Part shown: one piece after another, positions 34,961-45,135 of the stretch
Numbering within the stretch: the stretch's first letter is position 1
Layout of the letters: each line of letters opens with the position of its first letter
Assembly (NCBI RefSeq): GCF_009914755.1
Contig: NC_060948.1
Length of the DNA stretch: 64,000 bases
Source of the DNA: the human T2T-CHM13v2.0 reference genome, Homo sapiens
Reading direction: 5' to 3' (one strand)
The notes under the pieces: generated by a model
Seen by the model: the letters and a program-made list of their open reading frames with translations, nothing else
Database searches by the model: none
What the model was told of the DNA's origin: nothing
Made by a program: the position numbers and the translations under genes

Positions 34961-36332
34961 AAATGAGTCACATTAGGTAAATTAAAACTACGCAGTGTGA
35001 GGAGAATCAAAATAAACGAAACATCATTACAGCCTACACGATCCGATGAAAGAAACAAGCTTTCACATAATAACAGCCCCAGATGGGGAGAACAATGAGA
35101 AAGGGCAGAGAGATAACACACCAAACTCCCCAGATGAGTTAAAAGACATAAATGTAGAAAGAGTGCTTCTTTTGAACTCAAAGCCCTTAATGACAAGTGC
35201 AAGTGTCTTTTTCTGAATCCCTGACATGCATTCAGCTCACCTGAACCTCTTGGTGAAGTTCTCAGACCACAGTTTGCCCTTTCTATATGCTCTCATTTTG
35301 TAATTTCCTATCACTTATCTGTAGCAGGTCACAACAAATCATGATTCTTTGACATTGTTTGACACAATGAAGAACTCAGATATGAGTTCATTAAACAATA
35401 GTTTATGACGTCATGAATAAATTCTGTTTGCATGATGTTTGTTAAAATGATAATACAAAATAAAAACAGAGGGAAAAGAACATTTTCTTTGTTTCATCAT
35501 TGCGCTTGTGTTTATGCAGCATGTATCTATGAACTATAGCTGCCTCCTGGAAAATGATCCAACAGAATCCCTTGAAATTTCTCCTTCCGCTTTGGAGACC
35601 ACAGGCATAACCCGCTTTTTCACATTTCCACCTTTTGGATACAATGAGTGGGATGAGTGGGATCCGTGTGACCTTTGCCTTTGCTGTAATGTCTAGTTTT
35701 TTGTTTTTTGTTTTTTCTTTTTTTTTTTTAACTCTGTCATTGCTAGATCAGCCTAAAATAAACAGTTCATTATGGCTCACAAAAAGAACTCATCTCCTTC
35801 AGCGGATATTCTTTATAAGAGGAATTTCATCCAGACATGAAAACGATAATCTGATGCCACTGCCAACAGATTGAGAATTACAAACTAAATTCAGATCGAG
35901 AATAGGAAGACAGATGATACAGATGGAGAGACAGTGGTGGGGAAGGAAGGGAAGGAAGAAAGGAAGGGTGTGAAGGAAGGAAAGCAATGAAGAAAGGGAG
36001 AGAGAGTGATAGATGTTCAAAGACAGAGATACAAAGTCGAGCATGGTTGTAGAGATAGGCGTGTACAAATTACCATGGGCAGTGTGGAAACATATCAGAC
36101 AGAGAGTGACATAGGTGGAGTCAGAGAATAGAGACAAACCCATACAGAGAAATAAATATACGCAAATACAGACACACGGTTGGTAGTTTAAACCTGTCTG
36201 ATTTTCTGTGACTGGATCTGTTTTTCCTTTAGTTCTTGGGCATAAGACCATGTTGAGTACTGACGTCCTGCATACTATAGTAACTATGTAGGAGTTCTGC
36301 TGTATTAGGTAAAGTGTGATGCTCCATCATAT

Positions 36333-38880
36333 TCCACTCACCATCTGGGAGTCCCCTAGAGAAACACAAACACGTGTCAAAATGTATTTCCTCTGAGCCA
36401 TACTTCAAAATGTTTTAATTTTAGGGCCTGCTGAGAAAAGACTACCCCTTCCCCATTTGTGATCTCTTAAACTTCCTCCTACCAGGTGCTACAAACTGTT
36501 CCCTGCAATATTTTCCCCATTCCCAGTATTCACTGTGACAGGAGTCAGCTAACAAGATTCATTGTATACTAAAAGCACACAGAAATCTGATGGGGCAATA
36601 GCTTAACAAAATGCAATGACCTAAACAGTCTTCTGTGGTTTGTGGCAAGGACAACAAGGAGGCACATTCAGGGAGCCCCATCTTAAGGAGTTGGTAGGAT
36701 GGCTGCTGGTGGGGTTGATGGCCATGGAATCAAGTGCCACAAATTGAAGTGAATGATTCAACTTTACTTCTCAGTGAGTCTGGACATAGACTATGCTTCC
36801 CCGGGCTTAAGACTCCACAGCTATAACCTGCTTTGCAGTGTGGTATCTAATGTGCCTTTTTCAGCCCAATGCCGTTAATGTCCTGGATTCTGTCACTCTC
36901 TGTCTTTCTCTCAAGGAATTTCTACATGTATGAAAGGAGCCTCAATTTCTACATTTCTGAAATGAGCATCCAGGCTCCCTGAACAGGCAGGTATGTCAAC
37001 CCCCTTACCCTGGGCACCAAATAGCTCCAGTTCCAACTTAACGGCTCATCTGAAATCTCTGTTCCCTCTTCAGGTGGCTTCATCTTCATGTAGTATTGCA
37101 GGGGTTTGTGCCACAGTTCCGTACATAAGCTCTATCAGGGGAATCAATTGGGAAAGGCCTCATCAGGGCTCAGACTGGTGACCCAAGCAGCTGGGAACAC
37201 ACCAGGGTCATTCCTAATGTTTCCCAGTGAGGACTCGCCTCAGCAATCCTGTTAGATCCTGTGAAGTTGCGGTCAGCAAACCAGTTGAAGAAGTTAAGGC
37301 TGCTGTTGTGGTGTCCCCAGCGATAGGGCTCAACATCATAATCCTGATACTGCTGAATTGGAGTGGAATAAGCCCTGTATTCTACAAAGAGAGGGTTTTG
37401 TGGGAAGGGGCCTGGATCATGTTGGCAATGACCCACACATCATCTTCCTTCCACTACCCATCTGGGGTGCCACCTCTCACCTGTGATGTTCACGAGATAT
37501 TCCTTGGTAATCACTTTATTCTGAAGTAGGGGTTACTCCAAAAGAACAACATGATCTTGCAGAGATGAATGGGATGCTTCACTTCTTTCATCTGTCAGGA
37601 CAAGGTGGAGAAAGCTTAAATACCTTTTCGGGTGAGGTGCCCACTGTTGCTTACAGGAATGAATTATTTCCTTTACCCTCCCCTACTAAACCCTCTAGCC
37701 TCAGTCTTCCCAGCCTCACCTCCAGGCTGACCATGTAGCTCAGCATGTCTTCATCTTGGTCAGTGATCAGGGCTGACATCTGGGGGTGGTTTGCAATCTG
37801 ATTTAGGTCAAAGAGGCTTTACATGTGATGGAAGGAGAAGCTAGGAGCAACAGGGAAGAAGGCCTAAGAGCGCCCAGAGTCTGGGGTAGGGGATTTCTCA
37901 GAACTGCTTCCATGTATGACCTCCTTTTGCCTCCCCCTCCCCCTAAATTAAGGTCTTTTGGGCTTGCAGAGAGTGTCTAATTCTGAGGCTGACTGCACTG
38001 ACATGGGGAGGTGCGATTTGCAGAGAGTTGCTGGTGTCTGCGGAGTGGCAGAATCAGCTTATAGGCGAAGACGCCCAGTCCCAGATCTGACTAGCAAGGG
38101 GGAGTAATCACACTCCCTTAACAATACCTTCATTCACAGAAAAACGTATTCTGGTCTGAACTCACTTCTGCTCTTCAAATGATGCCCCAAACGTCTGCTG
38201 CTCGGCATCACCAAGGGTTTCTCTGCCGCATGCAGGAAAACAGTACCCACGCCTGCTCCGGCTTTCTACAGCCTCATTTGTCTGTGGTAACTCACCTTTG
38301 TTCTCCAAAGAGTCATATCGACGATGAGCTGCCCATCAGTTACTTACACTTCCCCAAGAGCACCTCTCAACTGGAAAGGCAGAAAAAACACTGAGAAGGA
38401 TACAACATTGGCCCAGAAGCCAGGGACGCTCTGGATGACGGCGCCTCTGCGGCCTAGGTGGGGCTTGTGCCTCCATTCCATCTTTTCCCTCTGGCGAGAA
38501 AAGGCCTTCCTGGCTTGGGCATTAACCGGCTCCAGCTCCACCTGAACGGCCACCAGCTCCTCCAGGGCGGACTCTGGGGTTATGGGCCCAGGGCCAGGCT
38601 GTGGCTTCTGGGCCTCCTCCTGCCCCTCCACGAGGGCCTCCTCCTGGGCCACCACCTCCACCTCTGCCATTATGTCATCCAACAGCAGCACCGCCTCCTC
38701 CCCCAAAGCCGCCTGCTCACTCTCCACCCCGGCCGCCCCCTCCTGTACAGCCTCCATCCTGAAGGCGGTGCCCTCCTCGGCACTCGCACACACCAAGGCC
38801 TGTGCTGCCCGACCCACGCCACAGAAACCCTGCCGCAGCCTCTCTGGCACCCGGTAGGTCAGCGAGCCCTCAGGGCGCAT
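36333..38880 (-). pseudogene. TSPY11P: Full-length unprocessed TSPY pseudogene (probably TSPY11P)
   Basis: Exon 1 38880-38404 (open, 159 aa) and exon 2 37797-37720. Exon 3 37591-37481 is 111 nt: a 1-nt deletion gives YFRIK* with the stop at 37513-37511. Exon 4 37381-37239 has a GC donor, exon 5 37131-37050 has its donor changed to AT, and exon 6 36355-36333 has its stop changed to TGG. Symbol from recalled locus order. Confidence 0.92.
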
Positions 38881-40800
38881 GCGCCGGGCTTCCAGGCGCC
38901 CCCTAAGGGACTGCGCGCGAAGAGCCGGGGGGCCGCACCCAGGCCGACTTCCTCCCGTCGTGGCCAATCAATGGGAGGGCGGTGGGCGTCTCCCTGGGCG
39001 GCACAGCCACTGGCGGGCCTGCATCTCCAGCCCCCCCACCCCCCGCCTTCCCTGCCCAAGCCTCCTCCGAGAAGCCCTTGGAGCTTGTGCCGGGTAGCTA
39101 GGCGTCCGGGCACACACGGGCTGCGTGGCCTTTGGAATTGTGGGCATGGCAGCCCTGTGCCCTGACATCCTCAGTGTGGCAAGCCATGAACATCTCTATG
39201 TGTCATGAACACAGGAAACATCTCTCTTCGTTAGGCAGGCCAGGTAGATGGTACGGAGGTAATACAGCAGATGCAGAGAACTCTCTCTGGTTGCTGGGGC
39301 TAGGGCGGCAGGGGTGTCCTGGGGGAAGTGATCGGGGCGGGCACGTGGGAGGAAAGTCGCCTGCCGGTGCTGAGGTGGAATTGATCTGCTGTAGAGGCCA
39401 GAGCCCCGGCACACACTCTCACAGGTCGAGGCAAATAGAGGCTCCGAGTACCATGCTTCCTCCCTGAGGATGCTGTACTCCAAGGAGCATTCCAAAGGGC
39501 CTCTTGTCCTATGCCCTGGGCACACCAGAGGCCAGCCGCCAGGGTTGGCCATTGTCGGCCTGCGCGCACGCTGTTGTGCGCTGCCTTGACGACCCAGAGG
39601 CTCCCGCACCCGCAGCAGCGGTTGCGGTGCCTGTTGGTGGGGCTCTGCAAGCCCAGGGCCGGGGCCTCTGGCTCCCGAGCTCCTGTGCGCAGTTGAGCCT
39701 GCTGGGGACCGGAGCCCTTTGGCCAGTGCGGGATCTGCGGGTCCAGCGGAGGTCCTCAGGAAACCTGGGTCCACGTAGGTGTGGGACCAGGTTCTCAGCA
39801 GGGCGACGCCCGTGGGTCTTCAGGGAGCGGGTCTGCTGGGGAGCGGGCCCCCAGAGCCTACGGGTGCGGGGCATGGGCTGGGCTGGGCTGGGCTGCGCAG
39901 GCCCAGGGTCTGTGGGAGCACCCAGGAGAAAACCGTGTTCAGGCTGGAGGCAATGCTGGAGAGGACGGCCGGGGTACAGAGCAAGGAGGCGGCCTTGGAA
40001 GAGGAGGCGGTGCTGAAGGTGGAAGACATCATGGCTGAGGTGGAGGTGGTGGTTGAGGTGGAGCCCGACGTGGGGTGGCAGAAGGAGGGCCAGCGGGCAC
40101 AGCCTGGCCCTGGACCGAGCACACCGGGGCCGTCAATGGACTCGCTGGAGGTCCTTCACTTGGAGCTGGGCTCCGTGAATGCCCCAGGCCACAGAGCATC
40201 TCCGCCTTGTGAGCCAGAGCCATATCCTTGCGGCTGCCGATTTGGGATGGCGGGCAGCAGGGGATAGTCATCGGGCCTCGGGGGGTATGGGGGCTGTTTG
40301 GGGGGAGGAGCCAGGTGGGAGGCGCGTGGGGTCAGCCAGGAGGCAGGGGATGGGGGACAGCGTGGGAGCCGAGGCCACGTTCCCGCAGCTGTGAGGGCAG
40401 CTCGCTTGTAGCAGCCCTGGGAGCACGTGGTAGGGAAGGGGAGCCAGGGCCAGCACTGACAAGGGAGAATCGCAGCGCCAAGGTCCCTTTGCGCACAGCC
40501 CAAATTCGAAGGACACGTTTCCCTGGGAACGTCCCTGGAGGACGGGGAATCTGTATGCCATTACCAGCCATTGAACCACCCCTGCTCTCGGTGCCTGTTT
40601 CCAGCAGGCTCACCCCAGAAACACAAGGTGCTTAAGACGGGTTCGCGGCGCATGGGGCTGCCGACCACCTGACGGCGGGCACCAGCTCCGCAGATGCGCA
40701 TTCATCCAACTGCAGGCGCTGCACTCAAAGGCGTGTAGGCCCTGAGCCTGTATAACTTCCTCTGGACCCACGCAATTCCCTTGGAGAGCGCCAGGCACGA
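38600..40800. promoter_or_regulatory. CpG island / TSPY promoter lying between head-to-head TSPY-family copies
   Basis: High GC and CpG density, CCAAT (ggccaatca, about 38962) and GC boxes. The minus-strand ATG is at 38880 and plus-strand exon-1 homology begins about 1 kb away. Confidence 0.75.
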
Positions 40801-42115
40801 CCCTGCTGTGGCTTCTAACTACAAGGCTTCCCTCAGGTGGACAGGCCCACCCCTCAGGGAGACTAGGATAAGAGGACACCACACACCCGGACATCAGCGG
40901 AGCATGTCCAGCACCCAGCACACAAAGGCCTCCTGCATCTCAGAAACCCAGAGAAGCAGCCGCCTCACACCACCCCCGGCCCCTCCCGTCCCTCAGCTGC
41001 AACCACCTGCCCACTTTTTCTGCGTCCCGTCTATGGTCAGCCCAGGCCGTCTTGGCCGGTGTCCACCCACTCCAAAAACCACCACAGTTGTGGCGTTGCC
41101 TCCTCGCCAGACAGAGATAGAGGGCCAACAATGAAGGGTGACTGGCCAAATGTCTGGGAGATGGCCCTGTTCCACATTGTCTGTGTTCTTGCGAAATTGC
41201 AAGGCGTCACGAGGCTTGCCCACCCAATCCTCTGGAGAGTTCTTGCGCAGAGGTAGATTGTTTGGCACACGAGATGTCGGCGTGGGTCGGAAAGCATGCG
41301 GAAGTCCTGCTTTGCTACGTGATGGATTTGCAGGTCAGGCTGGGGAGCCTGGGTCTGTGGGAGGAGTCCAGTGTCTGAGTCAGTTTGAGGTCCCCCTGGG
41401 GACCAGGGTTGTCTCAGTGGGAGAGCTGGGAAGGGGAAACTCATGGTTCACTACAGCTAGTAGGCCACCTCAGCCCAGCTAGCTGAGATGGTCCCATTGA
41501 ATCCATCCTCTTTCTCCTTGATCTGGCAGGTGGAGGAACTCAGCCATCCCGGTTACCGGTGGCAGGATGATTTCCTTTCATCCCAACCTTTATTTCCACA
41601 GTGAAATCATCATGAAGGAGCACTGTGTTGGCATCCTCGGTAAGGAATGCCTGCCAGCATGGTAGGGGAGCTGGTGTGTGGGAGGGTGGGACTGGCATGA
41701 ACCTTCCTGACTCCTCTCCCTGCAGGCTACAGGGTGTCTCATTCCACTGCAGTCCAGCGGTTCTGGGATCACGAAGGTCAAGCCTCCAGCTGCAGGCAGT
41801 ACACCTCCTACCTGAGCTCATTCAGCTGTTTGGCTGAACATGACTGCCCGGGTTTTGGCAGGATTGCTGAGGTGGGGTTCGCCGTGGGGCATCATGGGAA
41901 AGGACCTAGCTGGTCATTCCTTGGTCTCTGGGGAATTGGCTTTAAACTGTCACCTGAACTGTCCTGGACCCACTTCTGCAGTCCCCTAGATCATCAGCCA
42001 GGGCCTATGGCTCAATCCATTGCAGTTCTATCCCATGGAGAGAGGGTCAGCCCTAGAGGCGGAACAGAGAGGAGGCCAGGCGAGCAGCCTAGGGCTGGGA
42101 AGGGCTGGGAACTGA
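39840..42115 (+). pseudogene. Diverged five-exon TSPY-family relic head-to-head with the canonical copy (5' part of the FAM197Y locus)
   Basis: Exon 1 ([49 protein letters not shown]...PGPGP) ends at 40221 with an AT donor. Exon 2 41257-41333 (77 nt), exon 3 41530-41639, exon 4 41726-41871 (146 nt, same as TSPY), exon 5 from 41990 (IISQGLWLNPLQFY). Confidence 0.9.
41567..42115 (+). CDS. Putative 114-aa spliced ORF (41567-41639 + 41726-41871 + 41990-42115), a NAP/SET C-terminal-half homolog; FAM197Y-type
   Basis: MISFHPNLYFHSEIIMKEHCVGIL-G-YRVSHSTAVQRFWDHEGQASSCRQYTSYLSSFSCLAEHDCPGFGRIAE-IISQGLWLNPLQFYPMERGSALEAEQRGGQASSLGLGRAGN*. Both introns are GT-AG and in the TSPY phases. There is no evidence of translation. 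Confidence 0.35.
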
Positions 42116-43213
42116 GAGGCCTTTTGACCTGGATCTGGGCCCCACATGGAGAACCCAAGGATCCGGGAGGAGACTGCAGTGAGCAATCCCAGGCAATCCG
42201 TGGGTTGGGGGAGAGAGGCCCATCAGGGACATGTAACACCCACATTTCAGGATCGGGGCACCTTAAGCCACTATGATGCATATGTGGCTAAAGTCAGTGG
42301 GTGACAAGCAGGGCTTAAGGGATAGCTGTCTCATCATTACTCGCCAGCTCCCTGCCCTGCGGTAAGACCTGCTACCACCTGGGGCTCATTTTGAGATCAA
42401 CCAGGGCCCCCTTTTTCTCCACGAGGATGTCCACCTGAGGCCCACCTAGGTCTGTGTCCTTTCACAGTGTTTCTCCCAGGCCATTCATGTTTTGTTTCCA
42501 TGACCCCGGCTGCCTTGACATGTGTAATCCTCTCTGCCATCCTCACTCCCGCTGCCCTGCCTTCCCATATAAGTTAGTCCACCTCACACGGAATCTGGAG
42601 GACCACACTGGGCTCCAGTGTGAGGCAATGTTTTATTTTCTTCAGGTACATGTATTTTAGGGCTACCTTCAGGGCTGGGAATGTGAAGAGATTGCCAAAT
42701 GGCTGGGGACCTTCAGTGTGTGTCCAGGGAGGGAACCTGGCTGGGAATTAAGGCCCACCTGAGTAATGGTATGGACATCCAGTGTCAGTTATCTTGATAA
42801 AGGCCTGCTTTCTTACATCACCTACTATTAGTATAAAAGTTAATTCCTTAGAATATTGAAAAAACAAATCTATGTATGAAGAAATATAATTTGTTCATAA
42901 TTGTATGGAAAAAGCTGCCGACTGATCCATTTTCCATTACAATTCTTATGGGAGACTTGAAGGGTTTAGCAAGTTTTAAGATGCATTTCTATTCGTCTAC
43001 TCCTGCCAGTTTTTATGATCATTTTTGTAATACAAGGACATGGCCTCTGGAAAGTTTTTGAGGGACTTTCAGCTTCTTTTAGGGTAGATAGTTGTAAATT
43101 TTGAATTGTTTTCCCCTGCGGTTCTTTTGAGGTTACTCTTTGTACTTTCTTTGGGGGGTGTTAAATTTGTTTTCTTGTTTCGCCCTTGTGGAACTTTCGT
43201 TTTCAAGGAATTT

Positions 43214-43217
43214 TGTG

Positions 43218-43256
<39 letters not shown>

Positions 43257-43319
43257 GATATGGGAGTTAGCCTGTGAGCATGTTTTCGAATACGGATTTT
43301 TTTTTTACTTATCAATTTT

Positions 43320-43356
<37 letters not shown>
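43214..43356. repeat. Two (TG)n microsatellites (43214-43254 and 43322-43356)
   Basis: Read directly. Absent or very short in the paralog at about 63490-63590. Confidence 0.95.
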
Positions 43357-43360
<4 letters not shown>

Positions 43361-43364
43361 TTTC

Positions 43365-43465
43365 TTTTCAGTTGGAGTCTCACTGTGTCATCCAGGCTGC
43401 AGTCAAGTGGCAAACTCTCAGATCACTGCAACCTCTCCCTCCAGCTTCAAAGGATTCCTCTGCCT
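43365..43465 (-). mobile_element. Alu 3' fragment truncated at a rearrangement junction
   Basis: gttggagtctcactgtgtcatccaggctg...ggattcctctgcct then non-Alu sequence. The paralog at 63595-63863 is a full Alu. Confidence 0.85.
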
Positions 43466-45019
43466 GCTGATGCTGTTTTTCCCCCACATGAGGAGAACCT
43501 GCAGACAGTTATAAAAAATTCTGTGCCTGGGTAGGTATGAAAATATAATTTCAATGAATGGTAAATTTCACAAATACAGTTTCACATTTGTATTTTGCAT
43601 CATTTTGAAAATTTTAGTTGCTGACACATGAAATTCTGTATTGACTTTCATGTTAAATGTACACTTTTGAATCAATTTCAACAGTGACAACTAGCGAAGG
43701 CCAAGCGTTAGTTCAGGAAGCTGAAAGCAGTCGTTCTGTAAAAAAAAAACCATATTTATTGAAGGTATATTTAGAGAGATTTTAGAAGGCTTCAGTCAAT
43801 ATTTTTGTTTCTGTTGCTCTGGTGTTTTATCATACAGGGACCAGACTGTAGCATCAGTAGCTATAGTTACAAGGCTACCAAAGACTCAGTGCTATAGAAA
43901 TTATTATTGTGGAAATTGGCAGCCTGGCTGTCTGTTTGAGGAGACTAGAGGACTTAGGAGTTTCCACCCAAAGTACAAGGGCCTGGTTTAGTGGGTGGCC
44001 TTCTTTTGCTGAAGTAGATAAGATCCAGGAGAAGGGTGGATTCACTGTAGTAGCCAGGGCTTTGAGACTGGTAAAGCTTATTTGTCCCCTAGTGCCATTG
44101 CCAGATATTGGTCTGTGCATAAAGGCACTTCCTGGACTCACTGACGCCTGTAAATTCAAATGTAGAATTTAGATTTAATTCCCTATTCCAACTTCTTAAA
44201 CTTAGATCTAATAGGTGGGTAATAAAATATGTATTCAGAAGAAAGGGAGACGTCAGGTAGGTATATAAGCAAATCATCCTGGTCAAATACCTTCAAAAAT
44301 ATTACTACAAAAAATTACTGAAGATTAAACCTTAAAAAGTTATTTTAATTGGAGAAACAGAAAAAGGTTGGAGTCATTTTAAACCCTGAGGTGTAAAGGT
44401 ACTGTTATTAGATTACAGGAATTATATACAATGAATAATTTGTTGGAAGAGCAGCATACTATCTCTTTAGTATGGCTAGAGATTCATAAGCCGTGTAAGA
44501 AAACTCAGAGATTGAGAAGAAAATGTTTTCAGGGATTTTGTTCTGTTATGAAAGACTTTTAAAATGGTTTCCTACTGATCAATGATTCACTTATATTTAT
44601 CACTGAGGCATATGCTATATACCCTTCTATATAGGGATGAAGTTATAGTTTCTATCATGTAGATACAAAAACATGTGACTCTGTACCACATTTGCATTAG
44701 AGCCTTTGGCATGATTAATGAAGCAAACAGTGGAACTGTCTACGTCAGGTTACAGGTGGGCACAGCTGGAAGCTTCTGTCCCTTGCACTTTAACATTTCT
44801 GCATTCTCATCTGTCTCTCCTGGAAAGAAAACGGACTATAACTATCCTAAAGGACATATGTTACATGAAGACACTAAGTATTGAGATAAGACCATGAGTT
44901 GTCTTATCAGTGTCTTGGCATTACATTTATATGTATAACTTATACAAAAAATCCAGTTTATTTTATCACGATTACATATTACATCCCACATTTATGTATT
45001 TTATTATCTTTCCAGTGAC

Positions 45020-45135
45020 TGTTTTGTTTTGTTTTGTTTTGTTTTGTTTTGAAATCTCGTTCCACTCTGTCACTCAGTCTGGAATGCAGTGGCCTGATCT
45101 CAGCTCATTGCAACCTCCATCTCTTGGGTTCAAGG
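45020..45135 (-). mobile_element. Alu 3' fragment truncated at a rearrangement junction
   Basis: (gtttt)n gaaatctcgttccactctgtcactcagtctggaatgcagtggc...gggttcaag|gattttaaaaattag. Confidence 0.85.

Noticed and set aside
38344-38967. 207-aa ORF (and the 201-aa ORF at 58685-59290) treated as single-exon genes with an N-terminal extension
   Set aside because: These are TSPY exon 1 read from an upstream non-ATG codon and running into intron 1. The real start is the MRPEG ATG.
38458-39165. Long plus-strand ORFs overlapping TSPY exon 1 (235 aa here, 238 aa at 58772-59488) and the many ORFs in 39.1-41.5 kb and 59.4-61.7 kb
   Set aside because: Antisense or off-frame shadows in GC-rich, stop-poor DNA with no recognisable protein family.
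41257-41639. The -1 in relic exon 2 and +1 in exon 3 as compensating frameshifts restoring a full-length protein
   Set aside because: The shifted frame hits TGA inside exon 2 (gct acg tga), and the exon 1 donor is AT, so no full-length ORF exists.
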